The translations under genes were made by a program, and so were the position numbers. A stretch of 44,468 nucleotides of DNA from Nodosilinea sp. (GTDB lineage Bacteria; Cyanobacteriota; Cyanobacteriia; Phormidesmidales; Phormidesmidaceae): NCBI GenBank assembly GCA_035644955.1, contig DASQNN010000020.1, forward strand, positions 1 through 44,468, in the 5' to 3' direction. The notes below the pieces were generated by a model that saw only the letters and a program-made list of their open reading frames with translations, had not been told where the DNA came from and ran no database searches. Positions 1-10,049 of this stretch are shown piece by piece. Within the stretch, counting starts at the first letter, position 1; every line of letters starts with the position of its first letter.

Positions 1-83
1 GCCGTCATCAGCCGATGGTGAATATTTGGCCAGGCCCTCGGATGCTCAAGGTAAGGATCCATACCCGGAAACGGAGACGGCAT
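1..83 (-). CDS. DUF4058-family protein, N-terminal part (runs off the window edge)
   Basis: Manual translation from the ATG at 83 gives MPSPFPGMDPYLEHPRAWPNIHHRLMT, the characteristic MPSPFPGMxPYLE start of DUF4058 proteins. Not in the ORF track. Confidence 0.85.
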   Translation of the reverse strand, partial: MPSPFPGMDPYLEHPRAWPNIHHRLMT

Positions 84-177
84 CGCAGGTTCCCTAGAAG
101 GACGATATTCCTAGTGTAGGCCAGAGGTATAGAGCCAGAACTCTGCTAGATGGGCTGGGCCAAGCCCTTTTACTGTA

Positions 178-1983
178 TTAGGACAGCTTCAGCACCGCCA
201 TAAAGGCTTCCTGGGGCACATCCACCGTGCCGATCGCCTTTAAGCGCTTCTTACCCTTAGCCTGCTTTTGCAGCAGTTTCTTTTTACGGGAGATGTCACC
301 GCCGTAGCACTTGGCCAGCACGTCTTTGCGCAGAGCGGGGATGCTCTCACTGGCCACTACCCGACTGCCGATCGCCGCCTGAATGGGAATCTTAAACTGG
401 TGGCGGGGAATCAGTTCTTTGAGCTTTTCGACCAGGGCTTTGCCCACGTAGTAGGCCTTATCGCGGTGCACAATGGAGGCCAGCGAATCGACCGGGTCAC
501 CATTGATCAGCACATCGAGCCGCGACAGGTGGTTTTCTCGGTAGCCGATCAGGTGGTACTCCATGCTGGCGTAGCCCTTGCTGCGCGACTTCATCTGGTC
601 GAAAAAGTCGGTCACGACCTCGGCTAGGGGCACCTCGTAGATCAACGTAGTACGACCCTGGGCCAGGTACCTCATGTCTTTAAATTCGCCCCGGCGGCCC
701 TGGCATAGCTCCATCAGTGCGCCCACGTACTCTTCGGGGGTGATCATGTCGAGCTGCACGTAGGGCTCTTCAATTTTTTCGCGGGCCTGGGGGTCGGGTA
801 GGGTACTGGGGTTGTCGATTTCGAGCACTTCGCCCTTGAGGGTGGTGACCCGGTAAATTACTGAGGGAGCGGTGGTAATCAGATCCAGGTTGTACTCACG
901 CTCCAGGCGCTCCTGCACAATTTCCATATGCAGCAGGCCCAAAAAGCCGCAGCGAAAGCCAAAGCCCATGGCGCTAGAGGTTTCGGGTTCGTACTGAAGC
1001 GCCGCGTCGCTGAGGCGCAGCTTTTCGAGGGCTTCGCGCAGTTCTTCAAACTGGTCTGAGACGGTGGGGAACAGGCCGCAAAACACCATCGGCTTGGCCT
1101 CGGCGTAGCCGGGCAGCGCTTCTGTGGCCGGGTTTTGCACCAGGGTGATGGTGTCGCCTACGCGGGCATCTTCTACGGCCTTGATCGAGGCGGCGAAGTA
1201 GCCCACTTCCCCCGCGTGGAGCTGATCCACTGGGATTTGGGTGGGGGCAAGCACGCCCAGTTCGTCGATTTCGTACTCTTTGCCGGAGGCCATTAGCCGC
1301 ACTTTGTCTTTGCGGCGAATGGAGCCATCCATGACGCGGAAGTAGACGATGACGCCCCGGTAGCTGTCGTAGTAGCTGTCAAAAATGAGCGCGCGCAGGG
1401 GTTGATCTACGGTGTCGGCCGGGGGAGGCACCAGGTAAACAATAGATTCTAAGATTTCGTCAATGCCGACCCCTTCTTTGGCTGAGGCGAGAATGGCCCC
1501 GCTGCAATCGAGGCCGATGATGTCTTCAATTTCTTGCCGGATGCGCTCGGGGTCGGCACCGGGCAGGTCGATTTTGTTGAGAACGGGGATGATTTCGAGG
1601 TTGTTCTCTAGGGCTAGATAGACGTTGGCCAGGGTTTGGGCCTCGACCCCCTGAGAGGCATCGACCACCAGCAGCGCCCCTTCGCAGGCGATGAGAGAGC
1701 GGGACACCTCGTAGGAAAAATCCACGTGCCCTGGGGTGTCGATCAGGTTGAGCACGTAGTCTTTGCCGTCCTTGGCCTTGTAGTTCATACGAGCGGCTTG
1801 GAGCTTGATGGTAATGCCCCGCTCCCGCTCCAGATCCATATTGTCGAGGAATTGGGCCTTCATTTCGCGATCGCTGACGGTGCCGGTGCGCTGGAGCAGC
1901 CGGTCGGCCAGGGTCGATTTGCCGTGGTCAATGTGGGCAATAATCGAGAAATTGCGAATCTGAGAGACGGGAACCTCTGTCAT
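178..1983 (-). CDS. lepA: Translation elongation factor 4 (LepA)
   Basis: Motifs [37 protein letters not shown] and NKID, plus C-terminal [19 protein letters not shown]. Start set at MTEVPVS (1983). Confidence 0.98.
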   Translation of the reverse strand: MTEVPVSQIRNFSIIAHIDHGKSTLADRLLQRTGTVSDREMKAQFLDNMDLERERGITIKLQAARMNYKAKDGKDYVLNLIDTPGHVDFSYEVSRSLIACEGALLVVDASQGVEAQTLANVYLALENNLEIIPVLNKIDLPGADPERIRQEIEDIIGLDCSGAILASAKEGVGIDEILESIVYLVPPPADTVDQPLRALIFDSYYDSYRGVIVYFRVMDGSIRRKDKVRLMASGKEYEIDELGVLAPTQIPVDQLHAGEVGYFAASIKAVEDARVGDTITLVQNPATEALPGYAEAKPMVFCGLFPTVSDQFEELREALEKLRLSDAALQYEPETSSAMGFGFRCGFLGLLHMEIVQERLEREYNLDLITTAPSVIYRVTTLKGEVLEIDNPSTLPDPQAREKIEEPYVQLDMITPEEYVGALMELCQGRRGEFKDMRYLAQGRTTLIYEVPLAEVVTDFFDQMKSRSKGYASMEYHLIGYRENHLSRLDVLINGDPVDSLASIVHRDKAYYVGKALVEKLKELIPRHQFKIPIQAAIGSRVVASESIPALRKDVLAKCYGGDISRKKKLLQKQAKGKKRLKAIGTVDVPQEAFMAVLKLS

Positions 1984-2224
1984 ACAAGGCTTACCAGCGG
2001 AATGGTTTACAGACTTTAATATTGTAATCCCTCCATGGGCGAATGCTCGTAGTGTCACAGTCCCTACTCCCCTCGGTCAGTTGTGGGTTTAGACTTGTTA
2101 TGTCAACATCCTAAGACCTTGATTTGAGAGGCTAGGAGAGGCTGGTGCTGAACCTAACCACCCTAGGGCTTAGACTAACAATAGCGATAGACCATTACCT
2201 TACTTGGCACCAGGCCACCCAACT

Positions 2225-2458
2225 ATGCAAAACTCTGCCTCCCATTCCGGCGAACGGTCGGCGGAAAAAGTCGATCTCTCGGTACGAATCGACAAAGACC
2301 TGCTCGACCAGGTAACCCACCTCAGCTCTGACCCCAGCAAAGTGATCGATGTTGCTCTGCGCCAGTGGCTGCGGGGCGATCGCCGTTACGAAGACGACCT
2401 GGTGCGCCATTTGCCTCGCAACCCCACTGTCCCCCCCAAAGGCGAGTGGAACGACTAA
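2225..2458 (+). CDS. Small ribbon-helix-helix protein (CcdA-like antitoxin-type, conserved cyanobacterial small protein)
   Basis: KVDLSVRIDKDLLDQV...PSKVIDVALRQWL fits an RHH beta-alpha-alpha pattern. C-terminus is PPKGEWND. ATG at 2225. Confidence 0.65.
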   Translation: MQNSASHSGERSAEKVDLSVRIDKDLLDQVTHLSSDPSKVIDVALRQWLRGDRRYEDDLVRHLPRNPTVPPKGEWND

Positions 2459-2474
2459 GGGAACCGCAGAATTC

Positions 2475-2543
2475 AGGGTTCAAGGTATACGGTGCAAGGT
2501 CTAAGGCCGCCTCTTAAACCCTGCACCTTGTACCGTATGCCTT
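2475..2543. repeat. Heptameric (STRR-like) intergenic repeats arranged as an inverted repeat
   Basis: AAGGTATACGGTGCAAGGT (2482-2500) is complementary to ACCTTGTACCGTATGCCTT (2525-2543) with two G-T positions. Built of ~7-nt units. Confidence 0.7.
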
Positions 2544-2589
2544 CTAATTCCACCTCAACTAGAGCCATCTAGACGCTTGGTTGGTTAAC

Positions 2590-4422
2590 ATGAGAACGTT
2601 CCGGCTCCGTACCCCTATGCGATCGCGACGTTCTACCCCTGCTTTGGCTACGGATACCCCGTCCGACGCGCTCTCTGTGTGGATCCTGGTGCTGAGCCCT
2701 GGCGGCATTGTAGAGTCGGTACAAACCACAGGGGCAAAGGCACTACCGGCGGCGCTGACCGCCAACTGGGTAGGACGCTCGCTGGCGGAAATTGTCTCTT
2801 TTGCCCATCCTCAATCGCTGAGCCAGGCACTCGACACCTTGACGACCCGCCACGAAATTGTGCAGCTGCCCGGTCGCTGCCCGCTGGGCTCCCACAGCAT
2901 CGATGTGCAGTGGATGCTTCAGCCCCTGCTGGGGCCAGATGGCAATCTCTTTCGCATTGCGGCCACGGGCTACCTAGACAACTTGCATGGCCTAGCCGAC
3001 AGCCCCTGGCGGCGCACTGCTCCCAACCCCACCCCAGAAACTGCCCTCAGTATCTGCACCCAGCTCCAGGCCTACTCGCCGCGGCTCAACCAAATCACCC
3101 GCAATGTGCGGTGGACGCTAGATTTAGCCATCATTCGCGAGCAGACAGTAGAGGGCTTGGGCGACCTGTTTGACGTCGATCGCTGCCTGGTCTTTAGCTG
3201 TAATGCCGCCCCCAACACGGCCCCCGAGACCGCCACGGTAGAGGCGGAATACCTGCGATCGCAAGACCTAACCTATTGGCATGGGCAGGTGTGGCCCCTG
3301 GCCAAAACCCCTTGCCTCAGCACGGCGGCCCAGGCGTCGGTGGCGGTGGTGCCGCCCCGGCAGCCCGCTGACCCCTCGGTGGTAGCCGTGGCCACTCGCT
3401 ACCAAAGCACCATCAACGGCTTCATCGTGCTTCACGATCGCCCCGACCGGTCCTGGTCGGAGGTAGAGCTCAACCTGCTGACCGATTTGGCCGACCAGGT
3501 GGGCACCGCGATCGCCCACGCCACCCTGTTTAATGCCAGCCACGCCCTCGCCATCAAGCTCCAGCAGGCCAACGCCAGCCTAATGGAAAAACAGCTTGAG
3601 TTTCAAGAGGCCCGCCGCCAGGCCGAAGAAGCCCGCCGCCAGGCCGAAGAAGCCTCGCGCCTCAAGAGCGAGTTTTTGGCCAACACCTCCCACGAGCTGC
3701 GCACCCCCCTCAACGGCATGATCGGCTTTCTCAAGCTGGTGCTCGACGGCATGGCCGACGACCCCGCCGAGCAGGAAGAATTCATTGAAGAGGCCCACAA
3801 GTCAGCCATTCACCTCTTGCAGCTAATCAACGATGTGCTCGACATCGCCAAGATCGAAGCGGGCAAAATGCAGATCGAAATGGGGCCAATTAGTCTCAAG
3901 GAGTTGTTGGCCGACCTCGAAAACTTTATGCGCCACCAGGCTGACCAAAAAGGGCTAAGTTTCGAAATTTTGTTGCCCGCCACTCGCGATGACATCACTG
4001 TCAATGGCAACTACCAGCGACTACTCCAGGTGCTGATAAATCTGGTGGGCAATGCGATCAAGTTCACCCACGAGGGCGGTATTACCATCAGCGCTGAGGT
4101 GAAACCGCAGAAGGTGGCGCGCCAGGGCAAAACCTGGCCGGGCTTGGTCAAGATTAGTGTGGCCGATACGGGCATTGGCGTATCGCTAGAAAAACAGGAT
4201 CGGCTGTTTCAGAGCTTTAGTCAGGTAGACGGCGATCGCACCCGCCAGTACGGCGGCACCGGCCTGGGTCTAGCCATTTCCCAGCGTCTGGTGGAAGCGA
4301 TGGGCGGCGTGGTGCAGTTCATCAGCATGGGCGAAGGGCTGGGCTCCACGGTGACCTTTACGGCGCTGCTGTATCAAGAGCCGGTGGTAATCGACAAAGA
4401 GCCCGTGTATCCGCCGAAGTAA
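2590..4422 (+). CDS. GAF-domain sensor histidine kinase (N-terminal PAS-like region, GAF, HisKA, HATPase_c; no receiver domain)
   Basis: H-box FLANTSHELRTPLNG, N-box LINLVGNAIKFT, G1 DTGIG, F-box LFQSFSQVD and G2 GGTGLGL. GAF end RSWSEVELNLLTDLADQVGTAIAHA. Start uncertain (2581/2590/2617). Confidence 0.92.
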   Translation: MRTFRLRTPMRSRRSTPALATDTPSDALSVWILVLSPGGIVESVQTTGAKALPAALTANWVGRSLAEIVSFAHPQSLSQALDTLTTRHEIVQLPGRCPLGSHSIDVQWMLQPLLGPDGNLFRIAATGYLDNLHGLADSPWRRTAPNPTPETALSICTQLQAYSPRLNQITRNVRWTLDLAIIREQTVEGLGDLFDVDRCLVFSCNAAPNTAPETATVEAEYLRSQDLTYWHGQVWPLAKTPCLSTAAQASVAVVPPRQPADPSVVAVATRYQSTINGFIVLHDRPDRSWSEVELNLLTDLADQVGTAIAHATLFNASHALAIKLQQANASLMEKQLEFQEARRQAEEARRQAEEASRLKSEFLANTSHELRTPLNGMIGFLKLVLDGMADDPAEQEEFIEEAHKSAIHLLQLINDVLDIAKIEAGKMQIEMGPISLKELLADLENFMRHQADQKGLSFEILLPATRDDITVNGNYQRLLQVLINLVGNAIKFTHEGGITISAEVKPQKVARQGKTWPGLVKISVADTGIGVSLEKQDRLFQSFSQVDGDRTRQYGGTGLGLAISQRLVEAMGGVVQFISMGEGLGSTVTFTALLYQEPVVIDKEPVYPPK

Positions 4423-4472
4423 GCCGCATCTTCGAATTTGCGGAAGGATAGCCAGCAGATGACTCGCAGGTT

Positions 4473-4718
4473 TTATAGGGATTTCACAGGTACCTGGAGA
4501 TATTGGTCAGGTGTCTCGGTATTGTTGCGAATAGCAAAAAACTGACGCTCAATATTCTTCAGAACTTCAGCGCTGTAATAGACCGTGCCACAATCACTGC
4601 AAATCTCCACTGGGGTATTGGGGACAATTAGGTATTGCCCTTGATGGCTATACAGATAGGTGATTCGGCGTTCTTCGTAGTCAGCGCTACCGCAGGTGTT
4701 GCATTTAATATCTCGCAT
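4473..4718 (-). CDS. YgiT-type zinc-finger protein (MqsA-N-like antitoxin)
   Basis: CNTC...IVPNTPVEICSDCGTVYY two-CxxC pattern in an 81-aa protein. DNA is AT-richer than the flanks. Confidence 0.85.
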   Translation of the reverse strand: MRDIKCNTCGSADYEERRITYLYSHQGQYLIVPNTPVEICSDCGTVYYSAEVLKNIERQFFAIRNNTETPDQYLQVPVKSL

Positions 4719-4721
4719 CGG

Positions 4722-4775
4722 TTAAGCCCTTGTTTTTGGATCAATAAATTTGGGCGGCCCTGGTATGTAGACGGT
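4722..4775 (-). pseudogene. C-terminal remnant of a DUF4258-family toxin
   Basis: Translates as TVYIPGPPKFIDPKTRA*, resembling DUF4258 C-termini (xTVYxPxPxxF/W). Ends 3 nt before the YgiT start, is preceded in frame by TAA (4776-4778) and has no start codon. Confidence 0.6.
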
Positions 4776-4876
4776 TTATCCCTCTACCACCTCGCTGGTT
4801 TCCAGGTTCCAAACGTACTCTTTACAGACCTTGCAGGCGGAGATAAACGGCTCGCGATCGGCAACCCGGTTTCTAC

Positions 4877-5719
4877 CTAGCTCAGGTAAGCAGGGCGGGC
4901 CAATTGCGACTGGGTCAACTGGCTGTGCAGAGCATCCCAGTTCTCCGTTTCAACCAGGGATTTGATCTGCTCTAGCTGCTGCTGGTACTGGGTTAGGGCA
5001 TCCAGCAACGCGGCCCGGTTGTGTTGGGCCATCAGCGTGCCCAGCTCGGGCACGCCGCCGCCCACCCGGCTGGTGTCTTGAAAGCCAGAGCTGGCCAGGG
5101 CTTGGGCCAGGGCCAGAATAGCGGGGTCAGCTTCCCCTTCGCAGGCGAGAATCAGGCTGCTGCTGACCATCACCGGCAGGTGCGAGATCCAGGCGACGGC
5201 GCGATCGTGCTGGTTGGGGCTGCACTGGCAGAGGTTGGCTCCCAGGCTGGCGGCAATCGCCCGCACCCGTTCCAGTGCCGCTGGATTCGTCGCCTCGGTG
5301 GGAGTGAGCACGTAGGGGCGATCGCGAAACAACCCCGCCTCGGCCACCGCCAGCCCCGCCTCGGCCTTGCCCGCCATCGGGTGCCCGCCGACGAAATTGG
5401 GCCACAGCGCTTCTATAGAGGGCACAAGCTCCCCCTTCACCGAGGCCACATCGGTCACGATCGCCGCTTCGGAAAGGTGAGGCAAAATCACTTTAGCGGT
5501 CGCCACTACCGCATCGATAGGCGTGCAGATAAACACCACATCGGCCCCCGCCACCAGGGCTAAATCTGTGCCGGCCTCGGTGACGGCCCCCAGGGCTAGA
5601 GCGGCCTCAGCGGTCTCGGCCCGGCGGGCAAGGCCGACCACTGTATGCCCCCCCTGAGCCAGGTCTAGCCCCAGGGAGCCCCCGATCAGCCCCAGGCCAA
5701 TAATGGCGATGCGTTCCAT
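4877..5719 (-). CDS. tyrA: Prephenate/arogenate dehydrogenase
   Basis: Rossmann IIGLGLIGGSL, plus TDVASVK, FVGGHPMAG, HDRAVAWISHLP and GFQDTSRVGG. Confidence 0.95.
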   Translation of the reverse strand: MERIAIIGLGLIGGSLGLDLAQGGHTVVGLARRAETAEAALALGAVTEAGTDLALVAGADVVFICTPIDAVVATAKVILPHLSEAAIVTDVASVKGELVPSIEALWPNFVGGHPMAGKAEAGLAVAEAGLFRDRPYVLTPTEATNPAALERVRAIAASLGANLCQCSPNQHDRAVAWISHLPVMVSSSLILACEGEADPAILALAQALASSGFQDTSRVGGGVPELGTLMAQHNRAALLDALTQYQQQLEQIKSLVETENWDALHSQLTQSQLARPAYLS

Positions 5720-5935
5720 ACGTCTCTAGCCCTTTGCCCGCAGTGGTTATTACCAGCATATCGGTGGGGGGGTTACCCAGAAGCCCCGGCGAATCTTCTA
5801 TGCGACAATGGACACCAGTCTGTTAGGCCAGTCCAGCCGGCTCGACGGCAACCCTCAACCCTTTGCCGCCGTCAACCACTCTGATTGATTCTCTCAACCA
5901 CACCACAATCGCGTCATCCCGTTGACGCCATTACT

Positions 5936-7492
5936 TTGATAGAGGCTCAAGTACACCAACAACTGCGCGCCCTGCTGCGGGAATGGGGAGAGCCAAGCTG
6001 GCCCCACCACCTGACCTTGGCCCGACTGGTGGCGCGGGCGCTGCGGCTGGGGCGTAGCGCTCTGCTTCAAGTGGGTGGCCTGTCGGCGTACCAGGGCGAG
6101 TACCGCCTCAGCTACCTGATTGCCCTGCTGATGTGGCCCGGCCCCGCCATTGTGGTGGCCCCCGACCCCACCGCCCAGCGGTTGCTCATGGCCGATTTGC
6201 CCCGGCTGCAAGAAAAGCTGCGGCTGCACAAGCCGGTGCAGCGGGGCGATCGCTGGCCCGGCGGCGGCTTCAATGGTCTGCTGATTACCACCCCCGACGC
6301 CTGGCTGGGCGATCGCCTCGGTGGCGAGGGCCGGTTTCCCGACGGTCTGCCCACCCTGATCGACGATGCCGACAACTTAGAACTGTGGGTGCGTCAGCAG
6401 CTCACCGCCGACCTCAGTCCCCTCGACTGGAACCATCTGGCCCTAGCCTACCCCGGCCACCAGGGGCTGATTCAAGACACCCAGGTGGCTCTTACCCACG
6501 CCGCCTTTCAGCGCCCGGCCAACCCCTACCAGCGCTATTTGCTAGAAGAAAGCGACGGCCAGCAGCTCCAGCGGCTGCACCAGGTGCTGACCGCTAGCCG
6601 TACCAGCGCGCCCCAGAGCGAGGGGCCAATGCCGCCCCAGTGGGCCAGGTTTTGGCAGCAGTTCAACCCCCCAGACCACCTGCTGTGGTTCTCGGTCGAT
6701 CGCGATCGCGGCCAAATGGGCCTGCACTGCGCCCCCGTCGACCTCGCCACTGCCATGGCTCCAGTGTGGCCCCGCCAGCCGGTGGTGCTTATTGGGGCCG
6801 CCCTCGACCCCGACACCGACGCCGAAAACTTTCGCCAGCGCCTGGGGCTGGGCGATCTCACCTGCCTCCAGTTCACCCCCAACCGGCAAAACGACGCGAT
6901 TCAGCTCTACCTGCCCACCCATCTGCCCCTGCCCAATACTCCTCAGTTTCAGGGGGTGCTGCACCAAGAAATTCGCCATCTGCTGAATGTCGCCCGTCCC
7001 CAGCTCCCTGGCCCCACGGTGATTTTGCTGGATGATTTGCCGCTGAAAGGTCAGCTGGGGGCGGCCCTGGCGGGAGAATTTGGCTCGCGGGTGCAGGTGG
7101 AGAATGCCGCCATCGACGCCAATGGCATTCTCGTCAGCGGCTGGGCGTTTTGGCGGCGGCACCAGGCGCTGCTGCCGCCCCCGGCTCTGTTAATTATTGC
7201 GACGCTGCCGCTGCCTTCCCTCGAAAACCCAATGGTGGCAGGGCGGGTGGCCTTTCACAAGCGGCGGCGGCAGGACTGGTTTCGGCTCTACCTGTTTCCA
7301 ACGGCGGTGACCGAGCTACAGCGGGCTGTAGCTCCCTCGCGGCTGCACGGGGGCACCGTGGCCCTGCTCGACACCCGCGTCCACTACCGCAGCTACGGGG
7401 CCCAAATTTTGGAGGCGCTGAGCCCGGCTGCCTGCACGCGATCGCTGCCCACCGACTGGGGCCACAACCCGGGCTGCTGTAGTGACCGCTAA
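5936..7492 (+). CDS. DinG-like helicase C-terminal-domain protein (degenerate ATPase motifs)
   Basis: Starts IEAQVHQQLR...WPHHLTLARLVARALR. C-terminal LIIATLPLPSLENP...LQRAVAP..GTVALLDTRVHYRSYG resembles Helicase_C_2. TTG start at 5936 inferred. Confidence 0.8.
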   Translation: MIEAQVHQQLRALLREWGEPSWPHHLTLARLVARALRLGRSALLQVGGLSAYQGEYRLSYLIALLMWPGPAIVVAPDPTAQRLLMADLPRLQEKLRLHKPVQRGDRWPGGGFNGLLITTPDAWLGDRLGGEGRFPDGLPTLIDDADNLELWVRQQLTADLSPLDWNHLALAYPGHQGLIQDTQVALTHAAFQRPANPYQRYLLEESDGQQLQRLHQVLTASRTSAPQSEGPMPPQWARFWQQFNPPDHLLWFSVDRDRGQMGLHCAPVDLATAMAPVWPRQPVVLIGAALDPDTDAENFRQRLGLGDLTCLQFTPNRQNDAIQLYLPTHLPLPNTPQFQGVLHQEIRHLLNVARPQLPGPTVILLDDLPLKGQLGAALAGEFGSRVQVENAAIDANGILVSGWAFWRRHQALLPPPALLIIATLPLPSLENPMVAGRVAFHKRRRQDWFRLYLFPTAVTELQRAVAPSRLHGGTVALLDTRVHYRSYGAQILEALSPAACTRSLPTDWGHNPGCCSDR

Positions 7493-7549
7493 TTCGCTAT
7501 GGTTAAGAGTAGAGAGTAGTCACCAACTAGGACGTGGCAGCATAGACCC

Positions 7550-7765
7550 ATGGGCGAATCAAAGCGACGCAAAGAGCAGTTAGGCGAGAAGTACGGCCAG
7601 GCAGAACCCATTTTGCCCGGTCTGCCGATTACCAAAGAGCAGTCTCGGCAGTTTGTAAAATGGACGGGCCGAGGTACCTGGGGGGCCATCATCCTGGTCA
7701 TCGCCTTTTGGATTACCCTGCGGTTTATTGGCCCTGGGCTAGGCTGGTGGAGTCTGGCCGACTAG
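7550..7765 (+). CDS. DUF2839-family small membrane protein
   Basis: MGESKRRK start and a C-terminal TM segment ending WITLRFIGPGLGWW, typical of this cyanobacterial family. Confidence 0.85.
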   Translation: MGESKRRKEQLGEKYGQAEPILPGLPITKEQSRQFVKWTGRGTWGAIILVIAFWITLRFIGPGLGWWSLAD

Positions 7766-7904
7766 GGTGACGAATCTCAGGGTTTGCTCACACAATCGGG
7801 GCACAATTCTCTGCCCTCGCTAAGAAATCATAATTACGACTTTCCGTCCTCCGTAGATTCTGGGTAGAGTTAGGGAAAGTGGTTGCGCGGGAGCTTGCAG
7901 GAAT

Positions 7905-10049
7905 ATGCTGAGCCAACAACGGCAGTCTGGTCCCCAGCGGGGAGAGCCGCTGGCAGAAGGCGTCGCCAAGGAGTTTAGCTTGATTGTCGACGGGGCTGAG
8001 CCAGCGTTGGCACTGCCCGAAATCATCCCTCCCACCCCCAAGTCTGGCAATCAGTCGTGGCGGCTGCTGCTGATTTCTCTGCTGAGCTGCGGGGCGGCCA
8101 GCGCAGCGGCCTTTGGGGCCTTTTTGTGGCTGATCAATCTACCGCCCACCGCCAATTGCGAAACGGCAGCTACGGCTCCCACCGATCGAGCTCAGCTGTT
8201 TTGTGCCCAAACCGCCGCCGAGTCGGGAGAGCTGTCCGACGTGCTGGCCGCCCTTGACCTGGTAGGCGGCTGGGCAGCGGGACACCCGCTCTACTACGAG
8301 GTGCAGCCCCTGGTAGAGCAGTGGTCGTGGGTGGCGCTAAAGGCCGCTGAGCAGGAGCTGCGCAGCAACGGCAGTATGGCCGAGGCCCAGGCCCTGGTTG
8401 GCCACATTCCAGTCGATAGCCCGGTGTTTGCCACGGCCCAGGACACCATACAGACCTGGCAGGCCGAGTGGGATCAGGGCGAGGCGATCATGGCGACGGC
8501 CCAGACGGCCCTACAGCAGAAAGACTGGCCCACCGCCTCGAAACAGATTCTGGCCCTGGCCGAGCTGAAGAACTCTCACTGGCGCGTGGGGCAGGTGTCG
8601 ACGCTGTCGCGCCAGATCAGCGAGGAGCGCCAGGCCCAAGATCTGCTGGCAGAAGCCATTGCCACCGCTGCCCCCGGCGGCAGCGATCGCCTGGGGGCAG
8701 CCCTGGGCACCGCCAGCAAAATCAACGAGGGTACCTACGCTCATCAGCAGGCCCAGCCCTACCTCGATCGCTGGAGCGACCTGCTGCTCAAGCTGGGGCA
8801 AGACAAGTGGTACGCCTCCGATTTAGACGCCGCGATCGCCCTGGGCCGCAGCGCCGCCCTCAACCCCAGCCGTGCCAAAGTAGCCCAAGAGCTAATCTGG
8901 ATTAGCCAGGCCCGCCAGATGGCCCAGCAGAGTCTGACCACCTGGCGCACCTCCCCCGACCAGCTGGTAACGCTCTATCGAGCCATGCTGCTGGCCAATC
9001 GGCTGCCCGCCGACAGCCCCTACTATCCCCAGGCCCAGTCGAGCGTGGCCACCTGGCGCACCCACCTGGGCGAGCTGGCCCGACTGCAAACCGCCCAGGC
9101 GATCGGCCAGGTGCGCGATATCGACACGATCAAAGTGGCGATCGACCAGGCGGCGAAGGTACCCATAGGGCACCCCCGCCGGGTGCAGGCCCAAACCCTG
9201 GTGGCCCACTGGCGACAGGAGATCGAGCGCCTAGAAGACCGGCCCCAGCTGGTCAAGGCCCACGAGCTGGCCCGCGCCAAAACCTTTGAGGGCCTGCGGG
9301 AGGCAATTGAAGCCGCCAACGCCATTCCCCTACCCCGCGCCCTGCGCAGCGAAGCCCAGAGCTGGGTCTACCTCTGGACGAACGAACTACAGGTAATGGA
9401 AGATCGCCCCATGCTAAACCGGGCGCGATCGCTGGCGGACCAGGGCAACCTCTCCCAGGCCATCGTCGAAGCCAACGGCATCAAACCGGGACGAGCACTC
9501 CACGATGAGGCCAGGGCTGCGATCGCCGGCTGGCAGTGGGAGATTGCCGCCGCCGAACGGGCCCGCCTGCGGGCGATTCAGCAGGCCACCGCCCGCCAGG
9601 CCGAAGCCACCGCCCCCGCTGAGCCCACCCCAGCGGTTGAAACACCTGAAGAAACACCCACCGACGCCCTGCTGCCAGCCGCAGAGGCACTGCCCGTCGC
9701 TCCAGCTCCCATGCCTACCGCGCCGCGCTTGCCGCAGTCGCCCCTGCCCCGCCGCATCGAAACCATTCCCGGCGCACCCGCCCCGGTGGAGGCATTCCCG
9801 CCGGTGGTACAGCCGGCCCCAGAGCCACCGCCGGCCCTAGTGGCCCCGGTGCCCCTGCCCGCAGCGCCCCCTAGCCCGTTGCCCGTAACGCCGATCCCCG
9901 CGCCCCAGCCTATTTATCCGGCCCCCGAGCCTGCCACCTCCCTCGAACCAGGCCCCCAGGCGGCGCGGCCTGCTGCCCCTAGGGTGTCGGCCTCGGTCGG
10001 CCTAGCCCCTGAGGTTCTGTTTACAGGCGCTCTGTACGCGGGTCATTAG
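7905..10049 (+). CDS. Conserved cyanobacterial membrane-anchored helical-repeat protein with Pro-rich tail (often auto-annotated 'chromosome segregation ATPase')
   Basis: TM helix followed by LPPTANC...LFCAQ. Repeated A-I-xxA-xx-I-P-x-x-S/H-P-x-x-x-x-A-Q-xxI-xx-W units. Pro/Ala-rich C-terminus. No Walker A seen. Confidence 0.75.
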   Translation: MLSQQRQSGPQRGEPLAEGVAKEFSLIVDGAEPALALPEIIPPTPKSGNQSWRLLLISLLSCGAASAAAFGAFLWLINLPPTANCETAATAPTDRAQLFCAQTAAESGELSDVLAALDLVGGWAAGHPLYYEVQPLVEQWSWVALKAAEQELRSNGSMAEAQALVGHIPVDSPVFATAQDTIQTWQAEWDQGEAIMATAQTALQQKDWPTASKQILALAELKNSHWRVGQVSTLSRQISEERQAQDLLAEAIATAAPGGSDRLGAALGTASKINEGTYAHQQAQPYLDRWSDLLLKLGQDKWYASDLDAAIALGRSAALNPSRAKVAQELIWISQARQMAQQSLTTWRTSPDQLVTLYRAMLLANRLPADSPYYPQAQSSVATWRTHLGELARLQTAQAIGQVRDIDTIKVAIDQAAKVPIGHPRRVQAQTLVAHWRQEIERLEDRPQLVKAHELARAKTFEGLREAIEAANAIPLPRALRSEAQSWVYLWTNELQVMEDRPMLNRARSLADQGNLSQAIVEANGIKPGRALHDEARAAIAGWQWEIAAAERARLRAIQQATARQAEATAPAEPTPAVETPEETPTDALLPAAEALPVAPAPMPTAPRLPQSPLPRRIETIPGAPAPVEAFPPVVQPAPEPPPALVAPVPLPAAPPSPLPVTPIPAPQPIYPAPEPATSLEPGPQAARPAAPRVSASVGLAPEVLFTGALYAGH

